Shown: positions 24,820-34,539 of the stretch, piece by piece
How the letters are laid out: each line of letters opens with the position of its first letter
How positions within the stretch are numbered: the first letter of the stretch is position 1
Assembly: GCF_030028105.1 (NCBI RefSeq)
Contig: NC_092384.1
Span: 65,971,548 to 66,035,547, forward strand
DNA length: 64,000 nt
Reading direction: 5' to 3'
Source: Mobula birostris
Taxonomy: Eukaryota
Notes under the pieces: model-generated
What the model was told of the DNA's origin: nothing
Seen by the model: only the letters and a program-made list of their open reading frames with translations
Databases searched by the model: none
Program-made: the position numbers and the translations under genes

Positions 24820-26118
24820 GGAGTCAATTGTTAGGGATATGGTTTCAGAGATACTTGGAGGCACATGATAAAATAGGCCAGTCAGCATGGTTTCCTCAAG
24901 GGAAAATCATGCCTGACAAATCCATTGAAGTTCTTTGAAGAAATAACAAGATAGACAAAGGAGAATTGGTTGATGTGTATCTGGATTTTCAGAAGATCTT
25001 TGGCAGGGCGCCACATGAGGCTGCTGAACAAACTACGAGCCCATGGTATTACAGGGAATATTCTAGCATGGATAAAAGTAGTTGATTGGCAAGAGGCAAA
25101 GAGGGAATAAAGGAGCCTTTACTGGTTGGTTGTCAGCGACTAATGGTGTTCCAGAGGGTCTGTGTTGCGACTGATTGTTTTTTCATTATACGTTAATGAT
25201 TTGAATGATGGTTCTTTGTTGCAAAGTTTGCAGATATTAAGATAGAGGGAGGGGCAGGTAGTTTTGAGAAGTAGAGAGGCTACAGGAGGACTTAGATTAG
25301 GAGAATGGGCAAAGAAATGGCAGATGGAATAGTGTCGGTAAGTGTATGATCATGCACTTTGGTAGAAGAAATGAAAGCGTTGACTATTTTCTAAATGGAG
25401 AGAAACTACAAAAACTGAGGTGCAAAGGGACTTTGGGAGTCCTTGTGCAGGACTTCCTAAAGGTTAATTTGCAGTCTATGGCGAAGAAGGCAAAAGCAAT
25501 GATAGCATTCATTTCAAGAGAACTAGAACATAAAAGCAAAGATGTAATGTTAAGACTTTATAAAGCACTGGTGAGGCCTCACTTGGAATATTGTGAGCAT
25601 TCTTGGCCCCTTATCTTAGAAAGGATGTGCTTAACTGGAGAAGGTTCACCCAAATGATTCCAGGTTTGAACAGCTTGTCATATGAAGAGCATTTGATGGC
25701 TCTGGGCTTATATTCACTGGAATTCAGAAGAATGAGGGGTGACCTCATTGAAAATAATCGAGTGGTGAAAAGCCCTGATAGAGCGGATGTGGAGAGGATC
25801 TTTCCTATGATGAGACAGACTAAGACCCGAGGACACAACTTAAGAAGAGAAGGGCGTTCTTTTAGAATGGATGTGAGGAATTTCTTTAGGCAGAGGGTGG
25901 TGTCTATGTGGAATTCTGCCACAGGCAGCTGTGGAAGCCAAGTCTTTGTGTATATTTAAGGCAAAGGTTGATAGCTTCTTGATTGGTCAGGGCATGAAGG
26001 GATACGGGGAGAAGGCAGGAAGGAGATTGGGGCTGAGGGGAAAAATGGATCAGCCATGATGAAATGGTGGAGCAGACTTGATGGGCCAAATGGTCTAATT
26101 CTGTTCCTATATCTTATG
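24820..26118 (+). mobile_element. CR1 LINE 3' fragment
   Basis: QHGF..GKSCLT and LYKALVRPHLEYC motifs; CR1-type 3' end CTAATTCTGTTCCTATATCTTATG. Confidence 0.88.
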
Positions 26119-28183
26119 CCTCATCACTGCAACCGCAAGACCAGTCAATTTGCTGTCATTAAGTATTTGATTTAGTCTGAATTGACCTTTTCAGGTTATA
26201 AGCCAGAACTCTGGATTTGTTCACTTATAGTGACTTGTCAGACTAACTAATGGATTGCACATATCCAATTCCTCTGTTCCTAGTAGTTTATCTGTACATT
26301 CCAAATGGTTGACTGTTTCATTTGAAAAACAATGAAAAGGAACTGATGAAGCCTAACAGGAAATGCAAATATATTCTTCCATAGGGCCCTTATAGCAACC
26401 CAAAAGGAGTTTCCTTATATTCTTCCAAAAGGCCAGTTTTAACGCTACTGGAGTACGATAAGACAGGAAACATACAGTAGATATAGTTTTTTTTAATAGT
26501 ACTAAAAGATTCCTGGAGTTAAACAAAAGGGATGTGCTGTTTGACAAGGATAAGAACATATTAGAAAGCACTAATGCACAGTATTTTGATCCTGTAAAGC
26601 TAAAACCTAAACAATATTAAAAAGCAGACTTAAATGTTTCTGTCAACTAAAATACAACAGATGTTGTGACATTGACAAGGTCTGCATGTATATGAAGCAA
26701 ATATACATTGCCCACCCATCTCATACCCCCCCCCCACCAAAAACATGAAGACTTTTGACAGTGTCCATCAGGCAAAGTATGACAAAACAAAAAAGTTCAC
26801 CCAATTCAATGTATAGGAACAATAAATATATTGAATATATTTCCTCCCTTCAAACAACACTTCACCACAATCGTCTTTTCCAAAACTAATAAAACCTCTA
26901 ATGGATTTGATAGAGCCTGCTATTTTCGAAGTTAAATGAGCAGTACAAGTTCCCTAATTTCAACTGTTGCCTTTGTACAAATCAAACTCAGCTGGAAGTT
27001 GGGGTAATAGTTGGTATGAAGAAAGAAGAAAGTGGGAAGTCACTGTGTCAATGCCACCATTCAAAGACTTCCATCAAGAAGTGTTTTAGTACATGACAAA
27101 TGTACACATCTTTGTGGTTCACCATGATGAACTTGTCAAATATTCCAGCAAACCTCACTATGTATACATCGGGTTTTATTGGCTTCCAGTACCAGTGGAA
27201 GGGTGGCACTTCAAAAGATAGATAACACTTTTGTTTCTTCCTAGCCATTAACTGCCTGCAAACAGAATTAGTGTGCTCACCTGTCCATAATCAAGGCAAT
27301 AAAGAGCACCATTTCTATGTTCCCTATGCTTAAAAAAAGTAAATTTTATGATAAATTACAAGCCACAATTAGAGTCAAAAGAAATATTTCTCCTTACACT
27401 AATAAAATTCTTCCCCAGTTTCACTGTTACAAATGCAGTCCAGGTCAATTATTTTACAGGTAGGTGATTGAAAGTCTAGCTCAATTCTTATCTACAATTT
27501 CTAGGGAGAAAAAAAAAACCTAAAAACACAACAAAATCCTGAAGATACTAACACACACCTTTACTGCACACATGCCCCAGATACACCAACTCAATTAAAT
27601 CATACATAAATCATTTTTCTTTCTTCTGTTTTACATACAATTAGAAATATGGATTTACAAAAATTAAACATTGAAGCTTTTACCTTTAATCTAAAAAAGT
27701 TGACAAAAGTTTTAAAAATGACCATTTCAGTGGCTTACAGTAAAAAAATTAGATGACACTCCCTAACCTGCTCATTAATGCATAGAGGTGGAAAAACCTG
27801 CAAAACAATTAGTCACTGTCCACTGGCTGGTGATTAATTTAGATAGTTAGGAGCAGGCACTTTTCCTATTCTGCAGCGGTTGCACTCTCCCAGATAACAT
27901 CCAAAGAGCTCCCATGTGTTGCAAAGGAAAGAAAAATCGGTGTGGTTAAAAAAATAGGTCTCGTTAAAAAAGTCAATCTGCCAAAAAAAAGTAATCAATT
28001 TTGTTTTTTAAAAAATGTTTTGTCTCTGGAGAGAAGTGACAGTGGGAACCAGAGAAAGTTCTTGTTCACTGGGTGTGAGACAGCACTGTGGAGGTCAGTT
28101 TTAGCTATCTTACCCAGAGTGCAGATGGAAGGAAGAGGTCGAATCTGCTCTCTGCCCGGATGCGATGTTGCTTGAAGAAGCTG

Positions 28184-28798
28184 TTAGCTAAAGTACCTGC
28201 CTCTTTTAGTGGAGCTGACGGACTGCGGGGTCCTGTACTGCAGGTTGATATCAGAGGCGGAGACCGGTTCCAGGTCAGCCCACGGGTCCTGCAGCATGGA
28301 CGGTTTGTAATATTGCTCCACGGGCGCCGGCGACTTCCTCTCCAGGATGCAGCCGCCTCCTCCGAAAGGTGTGGATGTCCTCGGCGAGCCCTGGTAGCGG
28401 CGGTGCGCCGAGCCGGGCGAGGGCTGTTGAGACGCGGTCTGGCTGGGAGAATGAGGGTGGTAAGACGGCGAGGAGTAGCGACCGCGGGCCCGTGGGCTGT
28501 GCCGGGACGTGAAGCTCTGCGGCGTCGGCTGCTGGTGGCCGGGGGACGGGCTCTTGTACCGGTGCTGCTGCTGGTGGAAGGGCGACAGGCCCGGGCTCAG
28601 CTGCTGCTGTTGCTGCTGAGGAGATTTGGTGAAAGCCCGGTGCCGCACTCCGTAAGGAGGGGTGCCCACGTTGCCTGGGAGCCCCCAAGAGAAGGTGCCG
28701 CCTGCCCCACCTCCAACCGGTCCCGCGCCGGGGAACGGGCCCGGACTTGGGCCTACAGGCGGCGGGCTCCGGAAGCCCTGCCTCATGGGGCGGAACAT
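28184..28798 (-). CDS. MPLKIP: M-phase specific PLK1-interacting protein (TTDN1), intronless, 204 aa
   Basis: Pro/Gly/Ser-rich N-terminus (MRQGFRSPPP), QGSPRTSTPFG, YYKPSMLQDPWADLEPVS and C-terminal KRGRYFS match human MPLKIP (QGSPRTSTPFGS, YFKPSMLEDPWAGLEPVS, KKGRYFC). An alternative start is possible at Met5 (28786). Confidence 0.93.
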   Translation of the reverse strand: MFRPMRQGFRSPPPVGPSPGPFPGAGPVGGGAGGTFSWGLPGNVGTPPYGVRHRAFTKSPQQQQQQLSPGLSPFHQQQHRYKSPSPGHQQPTPQSFTSRHSPRARGRYSSPSYHPHSPSQTASQQPSPGSAHRRYQGSPRTSTPFGGGGCILERKSPAPVEQYYKPSMLQDPWADLEPVSASDINLQYRTPQSVSSTKRGRYFS

Positions 28799-28799
28799 C

Positions 28800-29110
28800 C
28801 CTCACCTCACGTTACCACGCTGATCCACTGCCCCGTCTCCTCCTGATTCACCTCGGCTCCTCCAGGCGGACCACCACCGGCTTAGATTTTTTGTATTGCT
28901 GTCAAAATCCTAGGCCCACACTGTACACGTCGAAGCTTCTCGAATTGTGCGCCACCCGTTAAGCCATCCCCCGCTCTTCCGGTCGGTGCGGCTCGTCATT
29001 TCCGTCTGTGGTGCCTCCCAGGAGAGGCCTCGCAGCGGCGGCACCCACGCGTCGCCACGGCAACCGTTTGGTTGGTTCCCAAATTTTTCTGCGAAGGAAA
29101 CAAACGCGAA
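28800..29110. promoter_or_regulatory. CpG-island bidirectional promoter (MPLKIP / C16orf46-like)
   Basis: CpG-rich segment (~28130-29110) in an AT-rich, CpG-poor background, lying between divergently oriented genes. Confidence 0.65.
29051..29064. promoter_or_regulatory. RFX X-box
   Basis: GTCGCCACGGCAAC fits GTNRCC(N0-3)RGYAAC, two mismatches from the canonical palindrome GTTGCCATGGCAAC. Confidence 0.65.
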
Positions 29111-29703
29111 CTGACCTTTGCCCAAGAATTTGCGTTAAAAACCTTGTTCAAAGTAAACATTTTACTTTTATGTGTGGAGATAAATGAACAGGCAAGTAAA
29201 AGTCTTATTATGGGGACAAGTTTATTTTTGTGTCACCAATTTTCATATGAAATTCCTCCAACAATGAAAGTAAGCAGGCGGTGGATTTCTTTGTCACTCT
29301 GTTTGAGACTATTTATTCAGTTGTCAGTGTTGTGCAACTCCTGAACTGATTCATCAGATAAAAAAAACAAACTTTTCCTTGTCCCAATTCAAAACCTTTT
29401 TTTTCTTGGCCATTCACAATTACCACCACGGACACCATCCAAAGCATTACTTTTATCATAAATATCTAACATTGAAAGTAAACTCTCAATTGAGACAAGA
29501 ACACGACTAGACGGATTGTTGTTGTTTGATAGTCTTGTGACTCATCCTCAGTCTCTGAGATTTTGCACGACCTCCAAACTTGTTTTTCTCTCCAAATTCC
29601 TTGCATCTCGTCCTGAGTTGCCAGTACATGTTTGAACCCTATGTTTTTGATTCTGCTCTTGGAGGCTGACTCTGCATGTAACCAACTTGCCATGTATTCA
29701 AAC

Positions 29704-30583
29704 TGTTACGTACCCCATAACTGGGTTGCCAAACCAGCAGAAATGGATTACTAGAACTAAGAAAATTTTATTAAAGAAACAAGCAACACAGTACTCTAAT
29801 CAAAAGGATAATAAATGCAACAGTTCAGCAATGATAAACACACATGTACACAGAATTAGGATAACAGGATCAATCAAGCTCTATCGTCGACTAGGGGTAA
29901 ATGACCAGTTTCAAAGTGACGCAAAGTTCAGTTCAATTGAATTCAGTTCAGTTCGCAGTAATGACTGCCGTGGGAGATGGACAGTGGGGGGGAAGGAGAG
30001 AGAGCAAAAGGAATGAATATTCAAACGGCTTCCACACAGACCTTCGATATTCTTCGCAGTCAGCTTTCGGGTGAGCCCTTTGTGATGTCTTCTGTCATCA
30101 CCGACCGTGACCCCTCCGTTTCCAGATACTATCGTTTCTCTGCGGTGAACCTGGCACCCAGGCAAGGGCGGACACACACCAGGTTCCCGCCGATCGTGCC
30201 TTTCCACCCTGTGCGTCTATGGCTTGGTCCCTCGACCAGCCCTCCAAAACCTCCCACCGACTTGTGGGAGACGCACTGCTTCCACGGTCTTGTTACCTCG
30301 GGGTGTCGTGTGTGTCTTGCCTTAGCGAACCTGTCCCTTTTTATCCCCCTGCTGGGGTATTGCCTGTCCATCACTTCAAACAGTTCAGGGCTCAAAGGGG
30401 GAGCCGATCTTGACAGCTCTCCTTCCGTTAAACTCTCCTGTCCCTTCATTAACATTTCCAAATGCTGCTCCATTGTTTTCCTTATCTGTCTTTCTCCTGA
30501 AGACAGGTGGCAGACCAACTGCTGATCCCACTGGTGCCAGCACAGGACAGCTAACATCTTAATCTATGTGTATTCTCGTCACA
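29704..30583 (-). mobile_element. Solo LTR (Gypsy/ERV-like), 880 bp
   Basis: TGTTACG...CGTCACA termini; 4-bp TSD AAAC (29700-29703 / 30584-30587). Minus-strand GGGGATAAAA (TATA-like, ~30345) precedes AATAAA (~29770), which gives the orientation. Confidence 0.8.
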
Positions 30584-31212
30584 AAACACAGGTTCCTTGT
30601 TCAATACTCTTTTGCACTTTGAAGCAGCGTAGGACAACTATTCACAATTTTATCCACAGCTACTCAGAGTGAGCTAGATGTCCACTGATCTTAAATATAT
30701 TAATATAGATTCTGTGACATTGCTTATGATAAATCAGCCTATGTACTGTTTTTACACAAATAACACTATTGACTATATTATAGTTGGTTGGGCCAGTGGA
30801 AGAGCTGCCTCACAGCTGCAGGCCACAGTCCATGTGAAGTTTGGATGTTTTCCCTGTGGCGTGATGAAGGGTCTCAACTTGAAACACTGAATCTTTATTC
30901 CCCTCCGTAGATGCTGTCTGACCAGCTCCAGCATTTTATGTGGTTCCCTGTGGTCTTGTTATTTCTCCTTGCATCCCAAAGGCCAGCGGGTGGGCAGTTG
31001 CTAGCTGCTCCTATAGGTGAGTGGTCTAATCTGAGGAAATTGACAGAATACAGGGAAAATGGATTTACTGTAGAATCTGTGGTTAATGGCTAGTGTGGAT
31101 TTGGGCTGAAGAGCCTGTTTCAGTGCTGTATTGCCCTAAAGCTTTGATTAGAATACATAACGTATTTTTTTGGTGATGGCAAAACTCAAAAAGATTATCT
31201 GTATATCATGAA

Positions 31213-33230
31213 GTCATAGTCATACTTTATTGATCCCGGGGGAAATTGGTTTTAGTTACAGTTGCACCGTAAATAATAAATAGTAATAGAACCATAAATA
31301 GTTAAATAGTACTATGTAAATTATGCCAGTAAATTATGAAATAAGTCCAGGACCAGCCTATTGGCTCAGGGTGTCTGACCCTCCAAGGGAGGAGTTGTAA
31401 AGTTTGATGGCCACAGGCAGGAATGACTTCCTATGACGCTCTGTGCTGCATCTTGGAGGAATGAGTCTCTGGCTGAATGTACTCCTGTGCCCACCCAGTA
31501 CATTATGTATTGGATGGGAGACATTGACCAAGATGGCATGCAACTTAGACAGCCTCCTCTTTTCAGACACCACCGTGAGAGAGTCCAGTTCTATCCACGA
31601 CATCACTGACCTTACGAATAAGTTTGTTGATTCTGTTGGTGCCTGCTACCCTCAGCCTGCTACCCCAGCACACAACAACAAACATGATAGCACTGGCCAC
31701 CACAGACTCGTAGAACATCCTCAGCATCGTCCGGCAGATGTTAAAGAACCTCAGTCTCTTCAGAAAATAGAGACGGCTCTGACCCTTCTTGTAGACAGCC
31801 TCAGTGTTCTTTGACCAGTCCAGTTTATTGTCAATACGTATCCCCAGGTATTTGTAATCCTCCACCATGTCCACACTGACCCCCTGGATGAAAACAGGGT
31901 CACCGGTACCTTAGCTCTCCTCAGGTCTACCACCAGCTCCTTAGTCTTTTTCAAATTAAGCTGCAGATAATTTTGCTCACACCATGTGACAAAGTTTCCT
32001 ACAGTAGCCCTGTACTCAGCCTCATCTCCCTTGCTGATGCATCCAACAATGGCAGAGTCATCAGAAAACTTCTGAAGATGACAAGACTCTGTGCAGTAGT
32101 TGAAGTCCGAGGTGTAAATGGCGAAGAGAAAGGGAGACAAGACAGTCCCCTGTGGAGCCCCAGTGCTGCTGATCACTCTGTCGGACACACAGTGTTGCAA
32201 GCACATGCACTGTGGCCTGCCAGTCAGGTAATCAAGAATCCATGACACCAGGGGAGCATCCACCTGCATCACTGTCAGCTTCTCCCCCAGCAGAGCAGGG
32301 CGGATGGTGTTGAACGCACTGGAGAAGTCGGAAAACATGACCCTCACAGTCCTCGCTGGCTTGTCCAGGTGGGCATAGACACAGTTCAGCAGGTAGACGA
32401 TGGCATCCTCAACTCCTAGTCGGGGCTGGTAGGCGAACTGGAGGGGATCTAAGTGTGGCCTGACCATAGGCCGGAGCAGCTCCAGAACAAGTCTCTCCAG
32501 GGTCTTCATGATGTGGGAGATCAGTGCCACCGGTCTGTAGTCATCGAAGCTGCTGGGGCGCGGCGTCTTCAGCACAGGGATGAGGCAGGACGTTTTCCAC
32601 AGTACAGGAACCCTCTGGAGCCTCAGACTCAGGTTGAATACATGGTGAAGTACTCCACATAGCTGAGGGGCACAGACTTTGAGCACCCTGGTACTGACAC
32701 CATCCAGGCCTGCAGCCTTGCTTGGGTTGAGATGTTTCAGCTGTCTTCTCACCTGTTCAGCCGTGAAGCCCACCGTGGTGGTTTTGTGTGGGGGAGGGGT
32801 ATAGTCATGAGAGTAGGGTGGGGGACTGTGAGAAGGGGTAGGAAGGGAGAGTGGAATATGTGTTGATTGGGGGCCGACAACAGATGGCTCGTGGGGGATG
32901 GGCAGAGGTCACAATGTCAAATCTGTTAAAGAACAGGTTAAGTTTGTTGGCCCTGTCCACACTGCCCTCAGCTCCTCTGTTGCTAGTTTGCCAGAACCCA
33001 GTGATGGTCCTCACCCCCTCCAGACCTCTCTCATGTTGTTCTGCTGGATTTTCCACTCAAGCTTCCTCCTGTACCTGTCTTTAGTCTCCCTGATCCTGGC
33101 TTTCAGGTCCCTCTGTATTGCCCTCAGCTCCTCCCTATTTCCATCTCTAAACGCCCTCTTTTTAGCGTTCAGGATGTCCTTGATGTCCTTTGTCACCTAT
33201 GGCTTGTTATTTGAATAACAAAGGACAGTA
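31213..33230 (-). mobile_element. Rex1/Babar LINE, 5'-truncated, with largely intact RT
   Basis: 337-aa ORF 31760-32773 with KAAGLDGV, DYRPVAL, LDPLQFAY, DFSSAFNTI, GAPQGTVLSPFLF, KFSDDSAIVG; 3' AATAAA followed by an (ATGACT)n tail. Confidence 0.92.
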
Positions 33231-33909
33231 GAATACTAAAATATCTGTAAATTAACATATGCAAAATACTGAAGGAACACTGCAGCTCAAACATTATCAA
33301 TGGAAAGGAATAAAGAGTGGATGTTTTGCATGGAGACCCTCCATCAGGACTGGAAAGGAAGACAGAATAAGAAGGTTGGGGAAGGGGAAGGAGTACATTC
33401 CGGAAATCCAGAGCTACACACCTTAACTCCTGGAGGAACTCAGCAGCTCAGGTGGCATCTATGAAAAGGTATAACAGACACTGTTTCCTGCTAAAAATTT
33501 CTGAAATGTATTACAGGTAGTAGCGATTCTGTAGCTCCTGATGAAGGGTCTCAGGTCAAAACGTCAGCTGTTTATTTCTCCAATATTTTGTTTGTGTTAT
33601 CTGTATATGTTTGGTTTTGAAGGTATTGAAATTTACACCAGGAAGAGTGAAGGTGTGAGATGTATGATTCAACTATCCTTATTTTGTATAACTACATCAA
33701 AAACCTGCCACTTTTTTTGGAAGGCGATGAAGCAACTGATCTGACAGTAACTGTATGTGAAGCAATGTCATCAAATATTAACTGTAATGCTTTATTTAAT
33801 ATTTAATGATGCCTCTTTAACTTGAATTTAGTGAGGCATTAACTTCATGCTTCTATTCTTTTGCCAGATAAATAGTTGAAGCTTGCCTGCTAAAAAGTGT
33901 AAATGGAAA

Positions 33910-34128
33910 ATGGAATTTCAGGAGAAAGGTGTGGTTGGAAGTAGAGCTAGTTTAGTTTTTGAATCTCCTGGCAGTGACAGTAATGTGGTGATAAGCCCCA
34001 CCCATTTTCTACATTCATGGGAATCTGAAAGAAAACTCGTTGATGTTCTAATCACACTCAGTGAAGAAGCCGAAGAAGATGAAAAGCCAATGGATCAGTC
34101 TATCCTTTGTGGCGGATGGGATGATGCA
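33910..34128 (+). CDS. C16orf46: C16orf46 (DUF4529)-like protein, first coding exon (73 codons)
   Basis: Acceptor TTCTATTCTTTTGCCAG|33868; ATG at 33910; donor GCA|GTAAGT at 34128/34129 (phase 0). ERKLVDVLITLSEEAEEDEKPMDQSILCGGWDDA aligns with human EKNHVYCLLDVSDITLEQDEKAKEFIIGTGWEEA (recalled sequence). Confidence 0.78.
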
Positions 34129-34189
34129 GTAAGTAGTTTAACCCTCTCACCATTGAATTTTCTGTTAAACTTGTAATACAGAAATAGAT

Positions 34190-34485
34190 GGATTTGCTTT
34201 AATTGTCACAGGTACATCGAAACATACAGTGTTGTTTACAATCAAATCAGCGAAGATTTTGTTTGTCAGGCCGCAAGTGTGACCACAGTTCCGGTGCCAA
34301 CATAACATGCTCATAACTTATAAACCCTAATTGTATGTCTTTGGAATGTGGGAGGAAACCGGAACACGCGGAGGAAACGCACACCATCATACAACCTCCA
34401 TACCGGCAGTGGAGGGGACTGAACCCTGATCATACAGTTTGGGCTGTAAAGCGTTGTACTAACTAGTAAGCTACTCTGCTGCCCA
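34190..34485 (-). mobile_element. V-SINE-like element
   Basis: GTCTTTGGAATGTGGGAGGAAACCGGAACACGCGGAGGAAAC is the reverse complement of the V-SINE core. Confidence 0.7.
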
Positions 34486-34539
34486 CAGCACAGATTAAGC
34501 TGATATTAACAAGATCATTTTTTTTTCTGTGTATTTCTA

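Noticed and set aside
28088-28846. 252-aa + strand ORF (and the 176-aa alternative minus frame)
   Set aside because: Antisense/alternate-frame shadows of the GC-rich MPLKIP CDS; no recognisable domain.
29911-30557. 98-182 aa ORFs in the solo LTR
   Set aside because: No domain similarity; they lie within TG..CA/TSD-bounded LTR sequence.
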